Source of the DNA: the human T2T-CHM13v2.0 reference genome, Homo sapiens
Assembly: GCF_009914755.1 (NCBI RefSeq)
Contig: NC_060928.1
DNA: 64,000 nucleotides
Strand: one strand, 5' to 3'
A program made the position numbers and the translations under genes. Below the pieces are notes generated by a model. The model saw only the letters and a program-made list of their open reading frames with translations, was not told the origin of the DNA and did not search any database. Positions 45,251 to 57,602 of this stretch are shown piece by piece (positions within the stretch are counted from its first letter, which is position 1; each line of letters opens with the position of its first letter).

Positions 45251-45689
45251 GAAATATTTCTCAGAGGGGCTGTGTGTGGATTTAGTTTTAAAGGATGAAG
45301 AGAGATTAGCCATGTAAAGGAATAAAGATGAAGAGGGAAGGAAATGCATGACTGTATGGGTAAGAAGAAATCTCCTAAATTGCAGTGAGACAAATTGGTC
45401 ATGGTTTCACTACCTGCTGTAGAGTCCTGGTGATGGGGTGGCATTTGTCTACTTAGGCCCTCCTAATAATGGGTACATCAACATCATTGGCAATCAAAGG
45501 CTGAAGAGTTCACCAAAGTTAGAGACTGAGAAGTACCCATTAGATATGACTATAAAGAGATTACTAGAGCCCATGCAATGGAGTCGTGTGAATGTTGTAT
45601 TATTATCTGAGCCTGATGGCAGAGGAGTAAGAGGTTAATGGCCAATAAACTCATGGTGACAGTACATAGAGATTCTTGCTATTTAAATG

Positions 45690-45838
45690 ATGATCTATGG
45701 ACCATGGCATCAACCCCATCTAGGAGATACTTGTAAATGTAGAATCTCAGGTACCTCTTCACAACTACTGCATCAAACTCTGCATTGTAACAACATATTC
45801 ATATGATTGCTCAGAACATTAAAGTTTGAGAAACATTG
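45690..45838. mobile_element. MER5A hAT-Charlie MITE
   Basis: gtaaatgtagaatctcagg...ctctgcattgtaacaa...cattaaagtttgagaaacattg. Confidence 0.75.
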
Positions 45839-46403
45839 GTGTAGACCTCCATTTTTAAAAGATTGTTTACAAAACAAGAGACAAAAATAAGGCAGTAGTT
45901 AGAGGAAGGTAGATAATTTGTGAATTGTATTATTACTATAAAACATATTGGGCATATGGAAAATGAGAATGGATGAGGTTTAAAGGGTATGATTTACAGG
46001 TAAGAGCAAATCAAACTTAAAAATAATTCTCAGTGTATAGATTTGGAAAACAAACTTCAGAGAGGTTAAGATATAATGTTTTGTCAAAGTTATAAAATAG
46101 GATGGATAACCATACTCAAATGTGAGTCTGTCTGTCTCCAAAGCTTATGCCCCTTTTTCGTGATTAGATTGATGGTTAATGAGAATAAATATACTTAATT
46201 AAGCAACAAATAAAAGCTATGGTGGTTGCGATTTTTAATTTTTGTATTATAATTGATGGTACCAAAGGGTGTAAGATTTAGTTTATTCATTTCCCAATAA
46301 TTTTTTCTAGCAAAGTTAGTAAATTTGACTGATAAAATAATCAACAGCAATTTTTAGACAATATTTTGTGAAATGATGGGCTGATAACAGATATAATTGC
46401 TAC

Positions 46404-47243
46404 TGATATGGACAGGAGATAGGGAAATACTGGATAGAAGAGTGTGGTTCCCTTGGCAAAGGCGCCACTCTAAAGCCTGAAGACCAGCAGTTCTAAATGA
46501 GGACAGGCATTTCTGTTTTTGCTCCCAAAAAGTTGCCTTATGGCTTGCCATGCCACCTATCCTGTCCCCATATAAAGCCTGAACCCCAAGCTCCAGAAGA
46601 GACCCACAAACAAGGAGACAAGGAGGCAAACAGACCAGCAGACCAGTGGACCAGCAGACCAGTGGACCAGTGATACTGAAACAGTGTGGCATTGACAGGG
46701 AGAAAAGCTGAGGGGAGTTCAGCTGTGGGTGGTCAGTTGGAGAAGAGTCCAGCCGCTGGGTGGCCCAACTCCAAAGGAAGGTCACTTCCCATTCCATCCC
46801 CCTTTAAGCTCCCCATACATCTCACTGAGAGCCACCTCCACCACTCAATAAAACCTTGCACTCATCCTTTGAGTCTGTGTATGATCAGATTCTTTTGGGA
46901 CATTGAGCAAGAGCTCAGGATACAGAAGGCTGTCACACTGGCCCCCTGCCCTTGCCATAAGGCAGAGGGTGCACTGAGCTGATTAACACACAAGTCATCT
47001 GCAGATGGTAAAGCTAAAGGAGCACACTGTAACACATGCCCACTTGGGCTTTGGGAGCTGCAGACACCCACTCCTAGATGCTGCCGTGAGGCTGGAGCCC
47101 AAAAGCACTTGCCTTGGTTCCTGAACCTGACCATCTCTGTGCTCCCCTTCCCATAAAGGGTATGAGCTGTGCGGCAATGCAACAGGTAAGCTGCACCCCT
47201 GTCGCACGTCTTGCCAGGTGAATTAGGGAACTCTCCCATTTCA
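46404..47243 (+). mobile_element. LTR1 ERV1 solo LTR
   Basis: Begins TGATATGGACAGGAGATAGGGAAATACTGG; TATAAA ~46571; AATAAA ~46847; internal (GACCAG)-type tandem units; exact TSD CTAC (46400-46403 / 47244-47247). Confidence 0.9.
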
Positions 47244-47310
47244 CTACTGTAGTTGCTACTATTTTTAGAAGCTAAATATTATGAAACACTTGAATTAAAA
47301 TGTAATTTTA

Positions 47311-47613
47311 GGCTGGGTGCAGTGGCTTACACTTGTAATTCCAGCACTCTGGGAGGTCGAGGCGGATGGATCACTTGAGGCCAGGAGTTCAAGACCAGCC
47401 CAGGCAACATGGTGAAACCCTGTCTCTACGAAAAATACAAAAATTAGCCAGGCATGGTAGTGCGTGCCTGTAATCCCAGCTACTCAGGAGGTGGAGGCGC
47501 GAGACTCACTTGAATCCAGGAGGCAGAGGTTGCAAAGAGCAGAGATCCTACCAGTACACTCCAGCCTGGGTGACAGAGTGAGAATCCGTCTCAAAAAAAA
47601 AAAAAAAAAAAAA
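47311..47613 (+). mobile_element. Alu SINE (Sz/Jb-like)
   Basis: Full dimer with ~21-nt A tail; TSD ending GTAATTTTA on both sides. Confidence 0.95.
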
Positions 47614-47750
47614 GTAATTTTATACAAACATATTCAGCCTCCTACCAGGAAGTCGATGGATACCATGGTTTCTAATCCTAGATAATTTTCAGATTGAGGC
47701 CCTCTCCTTTAGCTGCAAAGCTAACTACTTTTTAAGAATTACCCTTAACT

Positions 47751-47888
47751 TTATAGCTAAATGACGAGTTAATGGGTGCAGCACACCAACATGGCACATG
47801 TATACATATGTAACAAACCTGCACGTTGTGCACATGTACCCTAAAACTTAAAGTATAATAATAATAAAATAAAAATTAAAAAAAAAAA
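47751..47888 (+). mobile_element. Very short 5'-truncated L1PA3/4-like 3' end
   Basis: GCTAAATGACGAGTTAATGGGTGCAGCACACC...CTTAAAGTATAATAAT plus A tail; exact 17-bp TSD AAGAATTACCCTTAACT (47734-47750 / 47889-47905). Confidence 0.95.
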
Positions 47889-49030
47889 AAGAATTACCCT
47901 TAACTGAAGGGGTAATACGGAGAGCATCTGATCTTCCAATGTCATGTTGGATCAGCTGCGGCCTCTGTTATAATTGCACTATATTTCAATTCAATGGTCT
48001 GGGACAAGAGAAAAATTGTTGGATTTTTTTAGGGAAGATGTTTCATCATTTTGGTTTTTAATCTTTATTGAGCTTGAGGCAGACAAAAAACTTAAATTCA
48101 TATTTTTGGCATTTGCATGCCTTTGTTGCAGAATGGTTATGGGAGATTAAATAAATTATAAAAATTATATTTTAACAACTTTTTCATCTTATATCTTATC
48201 TTAAGATAAAGTTCCAAAAGTTTGCGTTTCCTGACATCTCAGCTGTTATAAGGTTGGACATGGCTCTCTAATTCAAAGGATTAAGTTGGTTTAAACAGAA
48301 AAAGTCGGGCTTGGTTTTCTTTCACAGATTGCTATGGGAACATGAGTGCTGCAAAGCTATTATAACTCTCTCCTGCAGCATTTCAAAAAATTTAGAATAT
48401 CTCAAATAATGACATTCAAAACCTCCCAAGCATGATCATCCAGAATATTAAGGTTAGAAAACTGGGCTATTTTATAGTTAAGTGCTGTTCCAAATATTCC
48501 AGGGGTACTAAATTAACAAATCATGACTTCATTTGGAAGAACATTTGAATTAGTGGTATTTTCTAAAAGCCTTAATTAGCGTAGACTATGTATGGTTGAA
48601 ATATAGCAAGCCCAAAGATAAGGTAACAAAGCACTATGAGGGGCAAAACACTAGCAATAGAACAGTTTTTCCTATGGTCACACAAGCATTAAAAACTTAT
48701 TTTGGAAAAGAAGCCCATTGAAATTTTTTTTCACTTTTGCTGCCACTACTTAACAGGAGAAGTAAAATAAGACTTTTTTTTTTCTTTCAGGATGAAGCAC
48801 AAATTTTACGATTTTAACCAGGCTTGTTGCTACTGCTGTCGTAATAAAAAACTCTATATGCAAGTGTTTTTTTTTAAATTGAGATATATTCATGTTTATT
48901 CTTACTTTAACTTCAATGTTGCTGAGAGCAATTTCAAGTACTTAAGATGAATAGAGAGACACATTTTCTAACAACAACAACAAAAAAATCAAAACTTTCT
49001 TTTATCTTTTTTATATTTAGACAAAATGGC

Positions 49031-49416
49031 TGCTATTGACTGAATGTGTGTGTCCCCCAGCAAATTCGTATGTTGAAACCCTACTTTTATGTGATGGTGT
49101 TACAAGGTAGGGTTTTTCAGAAGTAATTATGATTAGATGAGGTCATGTGGGTGGCAACTTCAAGAATGGGATTAGTGTCCCTATGAAGGAGATTCCAGAG
49201 AGCTCCTTTGCCCCTTCTACCACGTGAGGGCACAGTTCCTATATCTATGAACCAGTGAATGGTCCCTCACCAGACGTCAAGTCTGCTGGTGCCTTGATCT
49301 TAGACTTCCCAGTCTCTAGAACTGTGTAAAAATAGAAACAAAAATAAATTTCTATTTTTATAAGTGGTTTTTATAAGCCACTCAGTTTGTGGTATTTTGT
49401 TTAACAGACTAAGGCA
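49031..49416 (+). mobile_element. MLT1A/MLT1A0 MaLR solo LTR
   Basis: TGCTATTGACTGAATGTG...CAGACTAAGGCA; 5-bp TSD ATGGC/ATGAC. Confidence 0.88.
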
Positions 49417-50781
49417 ATGACTATCTGAATACAATTCAAATGTCATGAGGCAAACATTCTTTCATGCAACCTTGATTTTTCTGTTAATTAACCAGCTAGT
49501 TTTATTATTATCTTCCTTTGTTATTTTGTGAACACTTAAAGTTACCTTATCTTTAATAATCCATTGTGGACTATACTTTAAATTTCCAGGTATATAGGTA
49601 ATATATATCTTCCCACCCAACTATAACAAAATGTATTATTTTTCTAATGATTTTAACACATTCTCTGACTTATGAGAAAGAATACCCATTTCTCCTAAGT
49701 CAAGACTATATGTGATCTCTTTCTTAAACTTTTCACTTTTTCTACCTAACCAGGGTCAGGTTCATTATGCCTTGAGAATATACATCTAAATGTTTGGTTA
49801 TTCATTCTTACTGTACTGATCTCAAACATTTCCTACAATGTTGCATCTTCCTCAGAGACAGTAACTGGAATTGTTTACAATACTGTAGATAAACTGTAAC
49901 TGAAGGGTGCAGGGAAATCAGTCAGAAGAAACATAATATAAAATGTAAAAGCATGATTTATTTTATTTTGTCCTTAAACAGGGAATAAATGTGTGAGGAT
50001 AATTACACTTTCAGCAATTAAAAAAGCTTGCATAAAAATAATTTTCACTTAATAGGAAATGCTTCAGAATAGATATCTCATTGTTAGAAAAACCTATTTC
50101 TGAGGTATTTTTTAAAGCACAATCCAATTATTGTAAAAGACAATGTTGAAAACATTTTTATTATTTTTCTTCCTTCAAAACCTGGGACAAGGAAAAATTT
50201 GTGGCTGTACTTTAATTTTATTGCTACTGAGTCTTTCTTAAAAATGAACTGGCAGATGCCATTAGTAGGTTAATTGATTTAATCATGTTTCTATGAATAA
50301 GCTAGCATTTCTGACTTGAATTACTTTCTCAGTTGATTGGTGCTCTATAATAGGATTCTATAAAATGTATAAAAAGAGCAACAAGGAATTTAGCTCTGGA
50401 TTTTTCAGCTAATTCGTTAGCATTTCGAAGTCCAAGAAATTATTGCATTTTCAATTTGCTAAATACACTCATTTGTTAGTAGTAATTAGGCACGTGCATT
50501 ACTTTTACAAAAGCTCTTTAAAAATGCAGTCTTGTAAAAATGACTCTAGAAAAAAAAGTGCATTAATAGCTTAGTAAAGTGTTTGTTTTTCAACTGAGAG
50601 CAAGTAGTAGTACTGTCCCAGGAATATATAAGATGGAAGAAGTCAGAGGATCACTTAAGGTAACCTTAAGGGCAGCCTCAGTCCAGGGAAAAAAGGAACA
50701 AAAGGGACTGCCATGGAGAATAAGTAAGACTCGTGAATCCAGAAGAACAAGAAGGACCACTTTGGCTGTAATCCACTTTCA

Positions 50782-50813
50782 AAACAACAACAACAAAAAC
50801 AACAACAACAAAA
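50782..50813. repeat. (CAA)n microsatellite
   Basis: Interrupted CAA run. Confidence 0.9.
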
Positions 50814-51459
50814 ATACACTGAGGTTTTGTGAAATGACTGCTACTTATTTTAGAGTTATTTAATTCAAAATGTGGCCAAAGGTCAAATGGTCCCATGTTA
50901 AAATGTATTTCCCTATTCATTTAATTATTTTAAAATGATTAGATATTTAATCATAATAATAAATGTATTGTTAATATTAACTGAATGTCAGCATATCAAA
51001 AAATATGAAATTTTTAAAATTTCACATTGCAGCTACTATACTTACCTATATTTGAAAGAGATATGGAAATATTAACAAATATCTGAAGGATGTGCTTTGT
51101 TTGGTGTAGATATTTTTGCGCTGATGAAATATCATGGGAACCTATGTGACACGAAGTCCCAAATTAAGTATAGATGTGTTTCTTCAATGCTACCATTTCC
51201 ATAAGAAATTTCATTTGTCATTAGATCTTATCACTTCATTGTTTAAGTAAATTTATCCATTGTCCATTTTAATTAGAAAAATAGCTAATCTTCTTAGGAC
51301 TTATTTATTCATGAAAAATTTATGAATCTGTTTCATGTACTAGCCCCTGTTTCTGGCATCAGAGATAAAATAATGCATAAAACAGAATAAAGACTGTCTT
51401 CATAAAGCATATATTCCAGGAGATTTGATGAGTCTTGATCAACCCCTGTCTCTCAAGGA

Positions 51460-51612
51460 GTCCAGGACTAGGGCAAGGAGAATGAAGTACTCTCCACTGG
51501 TACAAAATGTAAAGGGACTCCAAAAACCTCAGTAACAAAGACAGGTAATATTTTAATACAGTATTTTAAATTATCAAAATTAATGTAAGTAATTCATGAT
51601 GAAGAAAATAGA
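51460..51612 (+). mobile_element. MER96B-like hAT MITE fragment
   Basis: CCAGGACTAGGGCAAGG...CAAAATGTAAAGGG...CTCAGTAA...AATATTTTAAT. Confidence 0.55.
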
Positions 51613-51763
51613 AACATAAGGAGTGTCTTGAACAGACACATTGCAGCCAAAGCAAATGAATAATGACACAAATTCCACCTTTTGCTGAGAGGGTGACATG
51701 TGCATATGAGGAGGAAAAAAAATATGATATGCATGAGCCATCTTCCAGAAATTCAACACTGTG

Positions 51764-52334
51764 GTATTAGTTTTCTATTGCTGTGTAACAAATTATCATA
51801 ATTGCAAAACACCCATTCATTAGTTCACAGTTCTGAGGTACGAATTATGGCACAGCATGATTACATTCTCTGCTCATGCTGAAATTAAGGTTCTGGCGAA
51901 ACTGCATTCTAATCTGGAGGTTCTGGGGAAAATCCAGCTTCCAAGCTCATTGCTGTTTGCGGAATTCACATCTTTGCTGTTGTAGGACTGAGATCTATGT
52001 TTCCTTGCTTGCTGTCAGCTGAAGCACACTCAGTTCCTAGGTGCCACCCTCTTTCTTTGACACTTGGGCCTTTCTATCTTCAAACCAGCAGTAGGGTATG
52101 GCATTGTTTTTATGCTTCAGATCTCTGACTTCCTCCTGTGCTAACAACGGGAGACAATTATCTGCTATTAAAGGGCTCATACAATTAGACTAGGGCTACC
52201 TGGATAATTTTTCTTTCTTAAGGTCAACTGTGTCATATAACATAACCTAATATGGGAGAAAAATCCATCATATTCACAGTCTCATAGTCAGGATGGAAAA
52301 ATCTTGGGAGCTGTCTTAAAATTTGGCCTACCAC
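51764..52334 (-). mobile_element. MLT1E-like MaLR solo LTR
   Basis: GTATTAGTTTTCTATTGCTGTGTAACAAATTA ... TCTTAAAATTTGGCCTACCACA. Confidence 0.8.
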
Positions 52335-53440
52335 ACTTCTACACTTTACCAGTCCTAATAGGGAGGTTTCCTGTGAGTGCCAGGTATGTGGAAAGCTTTC
52401 AAGAGGTACCTTGCATTTTCTGACCTGCCGTGGGTCCTTTGTAGTGTCCTGTCACTGCCAGTGCCTATAGTAGAAGCCATATAGCCTCTACCAGCTGCCA
52501 GAATGAGCATCAGCCACCCAATGTGCTTACATTACACCTCAGTATTGCCTTTCTCATTTCCTAGACAAAACCATAAGTTGTCTGAACTCTCTTTGATTCC
52601 TCAGTAACAGGTGTAGCCATAGATATGACCTAGCCTTGGCCTAGAGGACCTGAGCTTGGGTCCATTTAGACCTTACAGAGGTTTCCCTTCTTCATGGACA
52701 TTGCTGATCCCATAGACGATGCTCCCAACCCTTCCAAACCAGAAATTGCCTACTGCCTGCTACCCTAGATTGTGTGATGCCAAATGGTTTAAGCCATCTT
52801 TAATCCTGGGGTTTCTGCTCATCGTGTGAGATGGATTCAGAACAGAATTGGGTACTTCTGGCCTGAAGGGAATGGAAGGCCTTTTGTGGGGACCCCTGGG
52901 TTTTCTTCAGAGATGACAGCAGAATGGTAGGGAGCAGGCCTAAATTTAGGTTTGAGCTCATTTGCATTGCTGTCCAAGATCTCCTTGGAGAGAGTGAAGA
53001 GCTCTGTGGGCAAGTCTTGTGGTCTCAACTTCAAGACTACATTGAGCCCAGAGCTCATCCTGAAGAACTGTAGTCATGACAACCTTCGGCAGCTCCTGGA
53101 ACAGGAAGAATTGGGTCTCTTGTTCACACAGAATGTGCCACATTCCTCAGCAATGTTGAGAAGAAGCTGTATCCAAGACCTGCGTAAAGTCTAAAAACTA
53201 ATAATGAGGTCACTGAAAGTAAGATATAATGGCCCTCCCAAGATGGAGTTGACATCTTACTAGGAAACAAGCATTCCTTAAACACTCAAATATAAACCGG
53301 TAACTACAATAATGGTTAAAGGTGGCATCCTTGATGCTGTTCACTAAGACTACACTTAATTCTCTACTTATCAGTACCTCTGGGTCTGTCCTTTTGTCTG
53401 TCTCCTAGGTGCTTAGATCATTACTACAGTCAGCTCTTAC

Positions 53441-53601
53441 CTTGTAGTGGAGGGATCCTTATCTGTCTGCTCTCCCTTTCTACTGTTATGACTAGTCTTA
53501 ATGTATCTATTCTCCTCATTGTCACGGAGTGAACCTGAAGTCTGAGGGTTGGAAGAGTAATGAACTGCTGCAGCGCAAGGTCATCCACTTCCCTCTCAAT
53601 G
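53441..53601 (-). other. Candidate exon followed by a 261-nt intron (53440-53180)
   Basis: Long T-tract upstream of the first AG (CACGGCAG); donor AAG|GTAAGA; downstream acceptor TTTTTAGACTTTACGCAG|G. Confidence 0.25.
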
Positions 53602-53819
53602 CTGCCGTGTGCAGGGAATGATCCCCATGTGGCAGCCAAGGGGACATTAAAAAACAAAAAACAACAACAACAAAAAAAAAACTAGAGCTCTAGTCCTGTG
53701 GCTGCCAGTTTTCTTCAAGAATTGGACTTCCATGCCCCCAGGCCCATCTCCATCTGGGACTGCCTGGGAGTCTGGTTCCATTTCAGAGGAGACAGGCAGG
53801 GTCATTATAGTTTAATGTA

Positions 53820-54207
53820 AAATAACCAGAAAGCAGAAATGACCAAACTCTCTGTTGTCACGGGTGGATAAACATACTACTACATCCACATAATGGAATC
53901 CTAGTGGCCATTAAAAGTTACTAATACAGGAAACCACATGGATGCATTTTAAAAGCATTAAACAAGTGAAAAGGGCCACATACAAAAGATGCGATTCTTT
54001 AAAATTTTATTAGTATGAATTCTACTAAAGGCAATTCCACAATGATGCAAAGCTGGGTCTGGGCTTGTGCGAGGGGATTGATTGCCAAGGCCATGATGAA
54101 ATTTTATGTGATCATGAAATTGCTGTGTAACTTCATTTTGGCAGTGGTTTTATCAAATTCATTGACTTACAGAGTTAACATTGGGGAATTTTCTCTCTCT
54201 ATATATG

Positions 54208-54238
<31 letters not shown>

Positions 54239-54250
54239 GCTTTAATAAGG
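53820..54250 (+). mobile_element. L1ME-like 3' fragment ending in (TA)n
   Basis: gggtggataaacatactactacatccacataatggaatcctag...; (TA)n ~54214-54238. Confidence 0.65.
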
Positions 54251-57164
54251 CTACTTGTAAAAATTAAAAAGAAGTGAGTTTATAAAACAGAGAAATATTG
54301 TATGTCTTTAGATACAATATAAAAGAAAACCTACACATGAGCTTATCGTCAATGGATATGTAAAAAGTTATCAATAAGCATATTTTATATAAACAGCTTG
54401 AAGTAATTTTATACATGACAAAAATTTTCTTACATAACATGAAAATGAATCTTGCATAAAATTTCCATTATGCTTGTCAAGCATTTAAAGAAAAATGAGA
54501 ATCTGTAATTATACCTTAAGTAAATTATGAATAAATAGAAAAAATTTTTCAGTTGACAGTGAAGGGTAAGTAACAGAGACGAAAAATAATAAGTAGCCCT
54601 GAAAGTCTGAATTTCTGTAAAATCTTACAAAAGCTCTTAGACTAAAATTTTGAGTACCTAATGTCATTTAAACAAATTTAGAACTCAGAAGTTATTAAGC
54701 ATAGTCAAATACAAATATTTCTTTTGCACCCTAACACACTCTTGCTTTCCCTTTATAAACTCAAGTAAAGCTATCTATTAATTAAGTGAAACACAATTTC
54801 TACTAATAAAAATGAATTATAAGCCTTGAAAAGAATGTCACCTGTTCAATTGATATGGTGATTCATTTTTAATCAGAGTTTCTACTCAGATGGTTCAGTT
54901 TTTTTTCATACATACAGAATGAAGAAATCGTTAGAAATTGACCTAGGTAATTAAGTCCTAAAGATGAAACATTTTAGCAGTGATAGGTTGACAGAACTGA
55001 ATGATTAACAAAGGAAAAGCAAAGTTTATATGAATTTACCATACTTGAAATTTTCTCATTTGTAAGCTTGTCAGTTTACAACTAAATGAGAATTATTATT
55101 GAGTAAAATAGAATGCTGTATGATTTTTCTTACTGTTAATATGGAAAGAGATAACTACATATACTGAGAGTAGAGAGTATTTGTACATTTAAAACTGGGT
55201 CAAGGAAAAGGAAAACGACGGGTACTAATCAGAAGGAGAAAGATATAGGTGATGTGGTACCAAAATGTAAATAAAAATGAGGAAGAATTTGTATATCAAT
55301 TTAACTGAATACTATTTAGCCAATATCTGGAATTTTTTATGGTTTTAAAAAGCATAGCATAAAAATTTAGTTACAAACTGTACAATCTGTCAAGTACTCA
55401 AAATATGTATGACGCCTTAAAGACAAAAACTCCATGCTAGTTTTGAGGATAATCCATCTTAAGTCACTTAGGCCAGCATTTTAATCTACTGTGTTACCAT
55501 AGGAATCCCTGTAAGGAGGGTTTGAAATCTCATTCATGGAAATCTCTTGGAGAATAAGAGTGGGCAGGACGGTGACAACTGCTTTTCAGAACCAAAGACA
55601 CTGTGGGGGCCTATCATGCAGAGCTTTGTAGTTCTTTTTCATTCCAGCTGCCTCCCAAAGCACCTTCTCTCTTAAAAGTTCCAAGCCACATTGACGCTCC
55701 CTGGAGAAGCGCTAATCATTAGCTAATCATCATAGCAGTCATTATCTGCAAACCTGGCCAATTTGAATTTCACTCCAACTTTCCTGGAATCAGCCAGTTC
55801 TCTTTTCTTTCCCAAAGGAACCATTCCAGTCTCTGCACTTCTGCTCTCACTCAAGAATAAATCCCTTTCAATCCACACTGAGAAGTCCCAGGAAGGGCCA
55901 AGCTTGTCATGTAACTGGGTGAGTGAGTTGGTGCTTCTTTGTGCAATCTGCATGATTCTGCACATAGGAGGAAAAACAAAATTATTAAATTAAAAATTCA
56001 TTACAGAGTTTCTAGAAGAGACCTCTCTTTCCCTTTCTCTCTCTGGGAGAGCATAACCCTTAACGGACTTGTCTGGTGGAAATGGGCCCTCTAAATATGA
56101 CTTGGAAGCTCAGTCACACGTCAAAAAAAAAACAAAAAAAAAAACCACTTTTCTGAAAAGTATGAAATGAGATTTTGGGGACTGGGATCAGGAATATTAG
56201 GGAGATAAATGAAGGAGGTTGGTAGAGTCATATGAATTATAACAACATGACAAAGGACTAAAGCTTGCACAGAAGAAAATTGCAGTGACAATTTTCCGTA
56301 GGAAAGAATACCCAAGACACTTTTAACAGCACAGTTTATAACACTTATGTGCAAGCCCTTTTCCCCATCCAAGTCCCTGACATGCATGGTAAAGGTGGAG
56401 AAATAATGAAGTTGAGTAGTATGTGGAAATTCAATGCAACTTTCTCCATCCTTCTCAATAGTTAGTTCTGGCTCATGCTTCCTCTTCCAGTAGAATGGCT
56501 AAAGTCCAATAAACTGGCAATACCAATTACTAGTGAATGAATGAAGCAACAGGAACTCTCAGTCACTGCTAATGATAATGCACAATGGTACTGCCACTTT
56601 GAAAGACAGTTTGGCAGATTTTTAAAAAGCCAAACAGAGCTCTACCATATAATCCAACAATTGCGCTCCTGGGTGTTTACTCAATTTATTTGAAAACTTA
56701 TGTCTGCACATGAACTGGTTTGCAAATGATAACATCTTTATCCATAATTACCTCAAACCAGAAGCAATCAATATGTCATTCAATAAGTGATGTATCAACA
56801 AACTCCACATATTGTAAAATGAAAGAAACTAGTACAAAAGTGCTACAAAATATATGATTCCATTTACATAAAATTTTCAAAAGGTAAAGCCATAGAGAAA
56901 GTGCACAGATCAGGGTTGACAGGATTTTGAGTGGGGAAAGGTTAAATAGGTGAAACAGTAGAATTTTAGGATAGTGAAACTATTTTGTATAATAACTATG
57001 ATAGCTCAGAGTGAATCCTACTATATGTAAATTTAAAAAATAAATTAGGAGGTCATGAGAGCCTAGGGTAGAATGCTGACTGTAAAAAAATATATAATTG
57101 TAGTACAAATGTATTAAACAGCCTCCCTCTTGTAGGAAAAGGCATGGCAAAAAGCTGCTGACCT

Positions 57165-57602
57165 TGAAACTGACCCAATAGTCACATAGAGTTTTGTTTG
57201 TCTGTTTATTTATTTTTTAGATAAACATAGAAATTGGCCATTCTGGTCTTAAAGCTTGAAACTTACATTATTTTATCTGAGTTTCTTCCTCAGGAAAGGA
57301 ACCACAGGCTTCTCTAGAAGTATCAAAGATCCAGAAGTATCAAAGAACTGAAACTCACCAGATTATCTCATCCAGATAATGAGATGCCAGGTCCCTCATT
57401 CGTCCTTATTCCTTCCTTATCCCTCCCAAATTCCTGTTCTCCTGTACATGGCTACATTTCTTCCCTGCTATATAAACCCGTAATTATAGTCAGAGAGATG
57501 AATTTGAGGCTGATCTTCCAACTTCTCAGCTAGAGAACCCGATTAAAGCCTTCTTCCTTGGCAATAATCATCTCAGTGACTGGCTTTCTGTGCAGCAAAC
57601 AG
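57165..57602 (+). mobile_element. MER66-like ERV1 LTR
   Basis: TGAAACTGACCCAATAGTCACATAGA...TTCTGGTCTTAAAGCTTGAAACTTACA; ATTAAA signal; short tandem duplication AGAAGTATCAAAGA. Confidence 0.75.

Noticed and set aside
46625-46675. GACCAG-type tandem repeats as a CRISPR-like array
   Set aside because: Short units without unique spacers, internal to an LTR1, in eukaryotic DNA with no cas genes
52837-53194. Overlapping ORFs as a processed pseudogene
   Set aside because: No recognisable parent protein, poly(A) tail or TSD
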